Shown here piece by piece: positions 17,935 through 27,500 of a stretch of 53,754 nt of DNA. A program made the translations under genes and the position numbers. The stretch is taken from IMG/VR virus record IMGVR_UViG_3300032218_003168, positions 1 through 53,754 of that record; one strand, written 5' to 3'. The stretch comes from a virus (taxonomy: Duplodnaviria; Caudoviricetes). The notes beneath the pieces were generated by a model, which searched no databases, had not been told where the DNA came from, and saw only the letters and a list, made by a program, of their open reading frames with translations. Each line of letters begins with the position of its first letter. Position 1 is the first letter of the stretch.

Positions 17935-18123
17935 CTATATAGTCGAGGTTTCTTCTTTTTTGACTTTTTTATTTACTTGTAATTTCTGATTTTCATTTTG
18001 AAGACCAGCGATCAACTTTTCAGCGATCGCTAGTCTTGTTTGAAGCATAATCTCGTTACGAGTAAGATCTTCGATTTTTTTATTCATCATCTCAATATAA
18101 GTGTTGACAAACTCTTCATTCAT
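17935..18123 (-). CDS. Small coiled-coil hypothetical protein (possible fibre chaperone)
   Basis: 62 aa with heptad-like pattern, AGGA SD, co-oriented between two fibre genes. Confidence 0.65.
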   Translation of the reverse strand: MNEEFVNTYIEMMNKKIEDLTRNEIMLQTRLAIAEKLIAGLQNENQKLQVNKKVKKEETSTI

Positions 18124-18132
18124 AGGTATAAT
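18104..18132 (+). promoter_or_regulatory. Perfect sigma70 consensus promoter, antisense to the fibre operon
   Basis: TTGACA (18104-18109), 17 bp, TATAAT (18127-18132). Confidence 0.55.
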
Positions 18133-18150
18133 AATCCTGTAGCTAATTAA

Positions 18151-19857
18151 TTAGAAAGTGCCACCATCAAGTACACCATATGATGGTAAACCAGAGCCGT
18201 TAACTTGTAATACGTAACCAGCATTACCAGCGCCACCAGTACTTAGTTTTGTTAGAGCTGTTGGGTTAGCACCACCAGCATAAAGCAAGTCACCAGCAGT
18301 ATAAGTATTTACACCAGTACCACCATATGTCGCAAGCAATGCAGTTGTAAGAGTCAAACTGTTAGCAACTAGCGCAGAAGATACTGTAGCGTTAGCAGTA
18401 ATGTTAACTGCAGTAGAGTTCGCAACGAAAGCGCCGCCTGTACCATATGGTATCAAATATGAAATCAACGAACCAGTTGAAGTATTTGATGTCGTATCGA
18501 TAGTTGAAGAAGTGTTCGGATTTGTATTCGAAGCAAAGATTTTAAATACAGCATTATTGTTTGCTGAAAGAGCAGCAATACGAGCAAAACCAGAATACCA
18601 TACAGCAGTAGCATTGCCAGCTGGTGAAAACAATCCAGTATCAACAGTATCTGTAGTTGTATTATTTAAACCAAGTTCAATAATATTATCATTTACAGTA
18701 AGCTGCTGTGTATTAATAGATGTAAGAGTTCCAGAAACAGTAAGGTTTCCAGATACACTAATATCTCTAATCGACATAACAGCTGATGTAGCATCTATAT
18801 TAGCGCCAGTAAATGTTACCTTAGTTGTATTAGCGATAAACGCTGTACCAACTGTAAAAGATGCAGCGTTGGACACGCCTGTTGTGTAAATACCAGTAGC
18901 ATTTGCAATTACTGCAGTACCTACGTTAGCAGAAGTTGTAACATAAAGAGTTGCTGTATTTGTTTGACCAACTACGTTAATAGCGGCTGCGTTGGCTAAT
19001 GTAGCATTTGCTGTGAATGTTGTACCAACGCTAATAGTTGAACCATTAACCACGCCTGCATATACGCCAGTTGTATTTGCAGTAAATCCAGTTCCAACTG
19101 TAAATCCAGCTGATGTAATAGCAGCGTTTACTGTATTATTACCAACAACCAACGTTGTTACGTTTGATGATATGCCGCCTGTACCTGTAAGTGGAGCACC
19201 AGTTGTAAATGAAGCAGCGTTAACGGAAGTACCAACAAGAATGTTAGTGCTGAACGTAATTGTGTTCTGGAAAGTTTGAGTATTTGACCAAGTGTACTGT
19301 GCAGAAGTGTTAGTTCCAGCTGCAGCAGCTGCCCAATATACTGGTTGACCAGCACCACCAGAAGTAAGAACATAACCAGCAGTACCTGTATTCGTAGTAC
19401 CGTTAGCAGCAAGAGTGCTGGCTACGATAATTGGTCCATTGAAAGTAATAGTATTACTGAATGAATGTGTATTTGTCCAAGCATACGTAGCATTAACGTT
19501 TATGCTAAGACCTGCTACTGATCCCCAATATACGTTTGTTGAAGCACCACCAGAATAAAGAACATAACCAGAAGTTCCAGTATTACCAGCGCCGTTTGCT
19601 TCAATATAATTTACTTGAACGTTTGCAGCGTATACTTTATTAATACCAGAAGTTGAGTTAGCAACAAGAGCTTGGTTAGCTGTAAGAGTACCAGGCGTTC
19701 TAGTTCCACCAATCGGAACAACACCTGTTCCGGAAGTATCACCAATGAAAAGAACGCCAGAACCGCCAGTAGAGTTAGAATAAGCTAATTCACCAGCTGC
19801 TAGCGTCGCTGGAGTACCAGTAGTTGCGCTTCTTTTAATTTGAATTGTACTTGCCAT
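18151..19857 (-). CDS. Tail fibre-like structural protein
   Basis: N-terminal TIQIKRS...LAAGELAYS, GNLTVSGT...V.DN.I.L motif, C-terminal LDGGTF. Confidence 0.8.
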   Translation of the reverse strand: MASTIQIKRSATTGTPATLAAGELAYSNSTGGSGVLFIGDTSGTGVVPIGGTRTPGTLTANQALVANSTSGINKVYAANVQVNYIEANGAGNTGTSGYVLYSGGASTNVYWGSVAGLSINVNATYAWTNTHSFSNTITFNGPIIVASTLAANGTTNTGTAGYVLTSGGAGQPVYWAAAAAGTNTSAQYTWSNTQTFQNTITFSTNILVGTSVNAASFTTGAPLTGTGGISSNVTTLVVGNNTVNAAITSAGFTVGTGFTANTTGVYAGVVNGSTISVGTTFTANATLANAAAINVVGQTNTATLYVTTSANVGTAVIANATGIYTTGVSNAASFTVGTAFIANTTKVTFTGANIDATSAVMSIRDISVSGNLTVSGTLTSINTQQLTVNDNIIELGLNNTTTDTVDTGLFSPAGNATAVWYSGFARIAALSANNNAVFKIFASNTNPNTSSTIDTTSNTSTGSLISYLIPYGTGGAFVANSTAVNITANATVSSALVANSLTLTTALLATYGGTGVNTYTAGDLLYAGGANPTALTKLSTGGAGNAGYVLQVNGSGLPSYGVLDGGTF

Positions 19858-19884
19858 GACGTGGAATCCTTTTTGTTATTTTGA

Positions 19885-19892
19885 TATTTATA
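19885..19892 (-). promoter_or_regulatory. T4-type late promoter TATAAATA
   Basis: Exact match in the intergenic gap, 27 nt upstream of the ATG at 19857. Confidence 0.8.
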
Positions 19893-19895
19893 AAA

Positions 19896-20114
19896 TTAAA
19901 AACTGCCACCGTCAAGATTAACATTGTTCCCCGAAAATGTGGGAACTGCCGCAACATACTTACCTGTGTTTGCATTATAAGTTATAACTTGTCCATCTTG
20001 AGGGGAAGAAACTGCAACATCAAGTAAATGAGACAAGTACTGCTGGCTTAAAGGAACCGCAGAATTTTTTAAAGTAATTGTTTGATTCGCTAAAGAAAGA
20101 ACTGCTGTTGTCAT
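19896..20114 (-). CDS. Small structural protein ending in LDGGSF
   Basis: L..L.DV......DGQV..YN...GK fibre-type motif; same C-terminal DGGxF as the neighbouring gene. Confidence 0.65.
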   Translation of the reverse strand: MTTAVLSLANQTITLKNSAVPLSQQYLSHLLDVAVSSPQDGQVITYNANTGKYVAAVPTFSGNNVNLDGGSF

Positions 20115-20117
20115 TTT

Positions 20118-20774
20118 TTATTCCGTGAACATAGGTGTTACAGTTTGTGTGACAGACATAACATATCCATTAGCATTCGTATTAGCGTCATATAATATAT
20201 AACCAGTATTTCCTGTTGTGGCAAATATACCAGTTGGATTCATAACTTTAACAATCATGGTATTAGAAGTAGTATTTGCATATGTATTTATAGTATTAGA
20301 ATATGAATATCCAAGAAGCGGAGGTCCGCCTGTTTCATAAACTACACCAGTAACATTTGCTGATCCATTCGATTGATATACTGTATCACCAGTTAAAATT
20401 TTATTTTGTACGTTAGCAATAATCATAGTATAATATGTAGGAACAGAAGCATTTGTCGTAACCGCTGGATCTACGTATATAACACCTTCGACTATTCTAG
20501 TAACATTATTTTGACCATCAGTAAGAACGACGTCATAAAGATATCTAGAACGTGTTAATGAAGAAGTTGTGTTAGAATCTAAAGATAAAGTTATTTGGCC
20601 GTTAGAAAGTGTAACTGAAAAACTAGCTGAATTTACTGCAGCGTATGATGTTCTTATAGAAGCTCTACCAGTATATGCTGAAAGATCTAAGGGATTTCCA
20701 CTATCATCATTTAAAGCTATATTCGTTGTATACGTAGCGCCTTGATCGATGTTTATGTTAGCTTTTGTTGCCAT
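20118..20774 (-). CDS. Virion structural protein (fibre/baseplate adaptor-like)
   Basis: NI.IDQGAT, LDLS.Y, RY.YDV and RIVEG...V.P motifs seen in T4-like aquatic phage structural genes. Confidence 0.65.
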   Translation of the reverse strand: MATKANINIDQGATYTTNIALNDDSGNPLDLSAYTGRASIRTSYAAVNSASFSVTLSNGQITLSLDSNTTSSLTRSRYLYDVVLTDGQNNVTRIVEGVIYVDPAVTTNASVPTYYTMIIANVQNKILTGDTVYQSNGSANVTGVVYETGGPPLLGYSYSNTINTYANTTSNTMIVKVMNPTGIFATTGNTGYILYDANTNANGYVMSVTQTVTPMFTE

Positions 20775-20775
20775 A

Positions 20776-21267
20776 TTACACCGATACTAAAATTCTGTGG
20801 AATTGAACATTTGTATTTGTTGAAACAGGAGTAAACGAAATATTTACGTTACCAGAAGCGATAGTTGAAGTAAACGGACCGATTGTAGCAGCACTATTTG
20901 ATTGCAATATAGAATATTCTGTTGTGTAAGATGTTCCACCATCATGTGTAACTAAAATTTTAGAAGAGTAATAGCTATTGGCATTATTGTCTTTTACAGA
21001 TATAATATATTCAGCAGTTCTGTATGTAGCTAAAGGAAACGAATCAATTATTTGTGTTGATGTACCTGTTGTTCTTACATTTGCAGACCAAATTTGGCTA
21101 TTAGCACCATAACCAAAAGAGCCAGTAATAGCAGCATTACCAACAGGAGTGGTACCACCGTTAGTAGTAACAGCATACGTTGACATTGCATAAGCCAGAT
21201 AGTTAGTCTGACCTCTCCAATAATCGAAAGTGTTTGTAACTGCTACGTTTGCTACGCTATATGTCAT
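20776..21267 (-). CDS. Virion structural protein
   Basis: N-terminal NTFDYWR..TN. C-terminal IDSF....YR..EY...HDG.....EY domain shared with 30132..32399. Confidence 0.65.
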   Translation of the reverse strand: MTYSVANVAVTNTFDYWRGQTNYLAYAMSTYAVTTNGGTTPVGNAAITGSFGYGANSQIWSANVRTTGTSTQIIDSFPLATYRTAEYIISVKDNNANSYYSSKILVTHDGGTSYTTEYSILQSNSAATIGPFTSTIASGNVNISFTPVSTNTNVQFHRILVSV

Positions 21268-21269
21268 TC

Positions 21270-21494
21270 TTATCTCTTTAACAGCTGTTGTAACATATTT
21301 TTAATGTCACCGATGTCATTTTCTAATTTATTAATTCTTTCCGAATCATTTTTTTTATCTTCAAAAAATTTCTTTTGTTTTTTGTAAGCTTGCAATCTTT
21401 CGTAGTCTACACTTAAAACTGCACCACTGTTAGGATCTTTAACGAGACCTTCAACATTAGTTTTTAAATACTCTCCTGTGTATTTATTGCTCAT
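21270..21494 (-). CDS. Small hypothetical protein with C-terminal coiled coil
   Basis: LVKD..SGAV motif and LE.DI.DIK.ML..L heptads; ATGA-coupled to the upstream gene. Confidence 0.7.
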   Translation of the reverse strand: MSNKYTGEYLKTNVEGLVKDPNSGAVLSVDYERLQAYKKQKKFFEDKKNDSERINKLENDIGDIKNMLQQLLKR

Positions 21495-24400
21495 AATTGA
21501 AGCGCCAAAGCTCTTATATTTGAAAGGAATGGCGGTTTAGATGTATCGTTAGACTGCATAACAACTTTAATTTGAAATTTAATAAATGTAGAATAAAGAG
21601 CATTGCTTCCATTCAAATATGAAAGCCCATTCGGTGTTGAAATATAAGCATTAGCATATGAAACAGGATTAATTGCTGGTTTTCCAACTATTAGTGATGT
21701 TCCATTTGCAATAGAAATAATAGCTTGTGGATTACTAGAAACAATTAAAATATTTCCTGGCTGTGTTTGAACATCAAAAAAAGTTGTATTCAACGAATGA
21801 GTTTGACCAGGGGTTGTTGTTCCACCAGTAATTGTAATAGCTGTTGTATTACCTTGGTCTGGATTCAAAGTAACAGCTGTTGTATTAGAAGAAGCTATAA
21901 AATAATAACTGTTAGCTGTGAGTCCAGTTACTGCAGAATTTCCAGAAGGTACATAATAATAAACTCTCTGACCGACTGAATAATACGTATTAGCATTTGT
22001 AATTAAAATTGAATTAGCAGAGTTGTTTACAGAAGTAGTATTAGCACTAAATGTAGCTCCATATCCAGTAATAGTATTATTTGTCGAGCTTGTAGAAACA
22101 ATACCACTTATCTGTGTTGTTGTATTAGCCCCTAACCATGGCGTTGTTGGAGGCGGTACAAGATAATATGCATTACTAGAGTACGAGTAATTAAATCCTG
22201 AATCAAGAGTCAAAGCTGTGTTACTTGCAATAGAAACGACTCTTCTGCCTGTTTCATTGGTTGTAGGGGTCGCAGCCATGTTTATATACCAACCAGGTTT
22301 TAATTCTGTTTGGAATTTGGTATTTACGCCTGTAATTGCTGTACAACTAGCGGTTGCTGATATAGTTCCATTTGTAAAAAGCATTGTATAATATTGAGGA
22401 ATATTAAATACATATTCGTTATAGTTTGTTGGATCACCTGGATTAGAATATAAAGATCCAGAACTATTGATTAAAGGTGTCCAAGTTTTTGATGAAATAG
22501 GATCATCGTCTTGAGAGTTAAGGAATTTAACCCAAACTTGAATATCAGTTCCTGGCGGTCTCCAAGCAGTCAAAATAACGTTAAGATCTTCAGCGTCTTG
22601 GCCAGCAGCAAGAGTTATAATTTTTGATATGTATTTTGTTTGTGAAGCGCCGTTATTAAAAAATTCATCGTAAATAAAACTTATCGGATCAACTTGATTA
22701 CCGATAACAAGTTCTTTATAACTAACTGTATCGATTAAAGGTGAAAGTAAAGAACTACTTGTAACTAAATTAGCATGAAGAGTAAAAGATTTTGCGCTAG
22801 ACATAGAAGCAACTTCTTTAGATTTACTTACTACAAGTCTTTCGTAATCATAAAGATCAGTTTCGATTCCAGGTTTTACACTAGTTTCTTTAGTATCTAC
22901 ATTAAAACTATTGCTTGTACCTTTGTACTTAACACCAAGCAAAGTTCCAGCTGGAACAATTGTTGATAATTGAGGAACTACAGAATTAACTTTTGGATTG
23001 TATAATCCTGAAGTATTAGCGTATGCAACTAAAGTTACAGTATTTGGACCAGGACTTGCAGCTAAAGCATCACTAGAAAATCTGTGTATTTGCAAATTAT
23101 TAGCAGTTAATGGCCAATTTCCAGTAGAATTTGCTACATAAAGAATTTGCTTTGAAGAATCATAAAAATTTACAATACCTTTAATTGATGTATTAACAGT
23201 ACCGCCTGTAGAATTTGAATAAGAATTTGTTGACTGGTAAACGTAATCACCTGCTAAAACACTATAACTTGTACAAGCGAATCCCATATTATATACTTTT
23301 ATATAATCCATATTATCATTGTAAAAATATGCATCACCAGATTGCTTGTTAAATTCAGCTCTATAAAGATTAAATTTAATATATTCTTTTTGTAGAGCTG
23401 TCCATTGAAAATCAGTAGCTCCATAAAACGCTGTTCCGATAACTGGTTGGCTATAAACTTTCGTTTCTGTTTGAAAATCTTGGAAACCAAGTTCAGCGCT
23501 ATAAACCCAATAATCGGGGTCTCCGTTATCTGGTTTAACTACAACAGCATATTCTGTATCATTGTTCATAAATACAGGAGATTCGAATTTAAAATTGGTT
23601 GGCCACTGAAATTTATCAAAAGTAGTAGCGTCGTTATCGATGCCTCTAGCTTGATTCGAATTATTATAGATAGTTGTAGAATAAGCTGCTGCAGATGTTC
23701 CAATTTTTACATTTGACCAAGGAAGGTTAACTGTAGAAAATGGCAAAACTCTTTTTCCATCTGGGTAACCATTAGTAATTTCACAAAGGTAAACAGTTAC
23801 ACCGTTTTTTTGACCTTTTGATTTTTGTTTAAAATAAATGTCAATAGAAGTAGCATAAATTCCAGCTTCACCGTTAGGAGTATTAATAGTCAAACCTTGT
23901 GCAATAGGCTCGTAATAACTAGCATTAATTTGAACATCATTTGGATGTATTACTATATTAGTTGATGTTGTTGAAGTTACAACTGTACAACTTACTGGAA
24001 TATAAGAAAGTTCTGGAGTTATAGATGTTAATGTTATAGTTTCTTTATTTACAGTTATATTTGAAGCTGTAAATTGACCAGAAGCTTGTGTAGTTATAGC
24101 ATCTTGTGTAGTTGTTAAATTATCAGTATCGGCAAGAGTTAAAATTCTCTCTCCCCACTTAAAAGTTCCTTTTGGAATATTAAATTGACCAGCAACTGTT
24201 CCAAAAGCATCAGTTTTTATTGGATCGCCAAAAGCACCATTTTTCTTAATAGAATTATAATCGCTACTATCGGCAATAACACCGCCTGTAGCCACACCAG
24301 GAGCGCAATATTTATCAACCAATACGCTATCAAAAAAAACGTGCATGACTGTATCAGGACGCAAATTATAAGCATAAAAAGAAATAATTCTATCAGCAAT

Positions 24401-24538
24401 AAAAGGATTAAATATAACGTCAGTAACAGCAGTGCCTATTTTTTTTGCGCCTGAAGATACTGGCGTTACTACTAATTTATTTCCAGAAGCAGTAGAAGTA
24501 TTTGTAATAATATCGGTAGTTGTATCAGTTAATGCCAA
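21491..24538 (-). CDS. DUF4815/VrlC-like large structural protein, C-terminal half
   Basis: F....LRP.T....FFD, F..GER...L.D, PIAQ, TSIDIYF, F.FESPV, KYISK.ITL, C-terminal P....IRALAL. TTG start with an AGGAGA SD. Confidence 0.75.
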   Translation of the reverse strand: MALTDTTTDIITNTSTASGNKLVVTPVSSGAKKIGTAVTDVIFNPFIADRIISFYAYNLRPDTVMHVFFDSVLVDKYCAPGVATGGVIADSSDYNSIKKNGAFGDPIKTDAFGTVAGQFNIPKGTFKWGERILTLADTDNLTTTQDAITTQASGQFTASNITVNKETITLTSITPELSYIPVSCTVVTSTTSTNIVIHPNDVQINASYYEPIAQGLTINTPNGEAGIYATSIDIYFKQKSKGQKNGVTVYLCEITNGYPDGKRVLPFSTVNLPWSNVKIGTSAAAYSTTIYNNSNQARGIDNDATTFDKFQWPTNFKFESPVFMNNDTEYAVVVKPDNGDPDYWVYSAELGFQDFQTETKVYSQPVIGTAFYGATDFQWTALQKEYIKFNLYRAEFNKQSGDAYFYNDNMDYIKVYNMGFACTSYSVLAGDYVYQSTNSYSNSTGGTVNTSIKGIVNFYDSSKQILYVANSTGNWPLTANNLQIHRFSSDALAASPGPNTVTLVAYANTSGLYNPKVNSVVPQLSTIVPAGTLLGVKYKGTSNSFNVDTKETSVKPGIETDLYDYERLVVSKSKEVASMSSAKSFTLHANLVTSSSLLSPLIDTVSYKELVIGNQVDPISFIYDEFFNNGASQTKYISKIITLAAGQDAEDLNVILTAWRPPGTDIQVWVKFLNSQDDDPISSKTWTPLINSSGSLYSNPGDPTNYNEYVFNIPQYYTMLFTNGTISATASCTAITGVNTKFQTELKPGWYINMAATPTTNETGRRVVSIASNTALTLDSGFNYSYSSNAYYLVPPPTTPWLGANTTTQISGIVSTSSTNNTITGYGATFSANTTSVNNSANSILITNANTYYSVGQRVYYYVPSGNSAVTGLTANSYYFIASSNTTAVTLNPDQGNTTAITITGGTTTPGQTHSLNTTFFDVQTQPGNILIVSSNPQAIISIANGTSLIVGKPAINPVSYANAYISTPNGLSYLNGSNALYSTFIKFQIKVVMQSNDTSKPPFLSNIRALALQL

Positions 24539-24548
24539 CTTTTATCTC

Positions 24549-27500
24549 CTAGAATGCTAATTTTTTTGCAGTTGAAAAAGAATCCCAAGTTAAGAAAGGG
24601 ATACCAACCTTATTGTAATTTACCATCATATAACCAGATCTGTTATAAACAACTGCATCAGGAATAATTTTGATAACTTCTTGAGCCATAACTCCAACAT
24701 AGAAAATATCGCTCCATAGATAACGATATTTATACAAATTAAGACCATTGACAAGTTTACCAATAAAGCTAATATTTCTCTTTAAACGAATATCAGAATA
24801 TACTAGATTATAACTGATGTTTCCAAATGTAACGTTTGGAAATCTTGCTTGTAAATTTGCAAGAGCCACAGCTTGGACGTGCTCTATCGCCAGATCAGCG
24901 CCTCTAAAAACGCCGAGACTTCCAAGATCGACTACTGAAGGAACGGCTGTACCAGTAGTTACTGTAGTTCTAGTAACTTGTGAAGTAGTTCTCCAATCAC
25001 CATAAACTGTTCCCATTGGTGATTTAGCAAACTGTTCGAAAGGAGCTGATGTGTCAACTGTAATGCTTATCGAAGCTGTAGTTTCTCCGTCCGCATGATT
25101 ATCATAAGGAGGAATTACTATAAGTGAACCATTCCAAGCTTGTGAAACGTGAGCTGCTGATCTAATTTTTGTAGCAAATGGTTGCGCAAGTTGAGAAGTT
25201 TCGGTATAAGGTAATGTTATAACACGTCCTGTTTTTTGTACGTTTGTAGAAACTGCCATATTATCGAACTGAATATTAACAACTTCTCTAACGATAGAAG
25301 GTCTTCCGATGCTATTATCTCTATCTAATGCTAAAGACCATTCAGGATTTGAAGTATCACCCAAACCATAATCGTTTAATGGATCTGCAAAAATACCATT
25401 TTTAAATCGATTTAACCCATTAGCATCAGTTACTGTCATTGATGATGTTTTCTGTTCTAAAACATTCAATGAAACATAATACTCTAAGTTTGTGATACGG
25501 TTATCTAAAACACCAACGTCTTTCATTGTGTAACGACGATTTGTTACAGGTTTTGTAGAAACCGCTGAAGAAGTATCACGAACAAGAGTTGTTGATAATT
25601 TATTAAGAGCAAAAAGTTGCTCTGATTGATCTGACGTAAGCGAAGGGTATGGCGGAATGTTTAATACAGCCAAAGCCATTGAATTATCAGGATACAATGG
25701 ATCTTGCGGAGATATAGAAGATATACCTTCTTTAATTTTTAAAATGTTATCTGGTGTGATAAACACCAAATCTTTTCTTGGAAGATACATAGTATAATCG
25801 GACTGAAGGTTTTTTCCGTATGATGGGAAATTCAAACCAGAAGTAGGAATTGATAATGTTAGTGTATTTGAAGGATTTATTGTAGCTGAAGATACTGCCG
25901 TAATTACAGAAGCTGACGTTGGATTATTGTTCGCATCATAGGTAACATTACCAGTGTCAGCCGCAGTAATAGTTGAAGGTGTTCTAAAATCTATCAAATC
26001 TCGTAATGTGTTTTTGTAGCCTGAAGAATCGACATAAAGAGGCATATTTATTGTTGTTATGCCAGTATTATTTGCAGTATTAGCATCGTCGATTGGATAA
26101 GATTCTATAGTATAAAAACCTACACCAGAAGAAGTATTCGTTGTAAAATAATCTAATTCAACAAGTAAAGTATTAGCGATAGATGTATCAAACCCAGCAG
26201 TTGGGTATAGATAACCTAAATCGTAATGAGTGTCTCTTTGACCTGTGTCATATGTAAATAAAGTTGTGATATTAGAATTATTTGCAGAGTATGTTCCATC
26301 GGTAGATCCATAAACATTTCTTACCTGATGAATATCAGAGAAACCAAGGCACCATGGACCTTTTACACCAGCTGCATTATTAGCAACATTAATTTTAACA
26401 TAACGTCTTTTATTAATTACTTTTTTAGCTGGTATGGTGGTTGTTCTAAGGACATCAAATATAACATCAACTGCCAATGAAGAACTAGGAATTTCTTGTG
26501 TATTAATATTAAACGAAGTTGAATTTGTTACCTGAACATAAGACTGTGGCCCAGTTACGTTATACTGGATAGGAATAACCTTACCAGCTCTGTAAGTCTT
26601 ATAATATGTGTCACCAGATTCAGTTCTTGTGAAAGGAGCGTCTACGACCATAGAACTAGCGCCAGAAACTGATACGACAGTTCTAATCATAGTAGCGGTA
26701 GAGTTTGTTATTTTAATTGTGTCGTATGGATTAAATTGTGTATTAAATGAAGTTCCACCAGAACCTGTAACAGTATTGCTTGTGCTAGAAACAGCTACAG
26801 TTCCAGTTAAAGCAGCTGAATCAACATTAGCTGTCGCAACTAGAGTAAAAGAAGAAGCATCTATATCAGGAAGAGTAGTAACACCGTAAGGTAGTATATC
26901 TGTACCACCTGGTTGAGAACTTGTTAATGTATATGTCAAATCTCCGGAAGTATTCATAGTTGTAGAAATTTTAGTTCTATATGTATACTGAGTATGAAGA
27001 TTATTTGAAGAATCTCTAAGGTTTGCAAGACCTTTAAAACCGAAACTGTATAATTGTTTAGCATTAGAAGGCTGCTGTAATGAAGAATATAAATCCGCTA
27101 CGCCTTTAGAACCACTAGAATAATAAATCGATTTTACTTGGTTTACGTTTTTACCACTATTCATAACCACATTAAACACATGAATAATGTAAGTTGCTGT
27201 ATTTGAACCTATCAATCCACCATTATATGTAAAACATCTAATTGATGCTGTTCCAATTGAAGAACCAATTGGAGTTAAACTATTCCAAAATTTATTTGTA
27301 ATAGCCTGTTGTGCTGTATCATATAAACTAATAGTTTCAGCTTTTGTAAAATTAAACGAACCTGCCAATTCATTAACAACAAAATAATTACCATAAGAAA
27401 AAGTAATTTGTTGCTCTAAATTTGTTTGTTTATCAGTTCCACGTCTTAAAGGATTTATATACTGAGTGATATCATATCCTACTGGATATCCTTGGGCATA

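Noticed and set aside
14304-19857. Dense N-x-S/T sequons in fibres as evidence of N-glycosylation
   Set aside because: Expected from the N/S/T/A-rich composition of beta-structured fibres; no glycosyltransferase is in the window.
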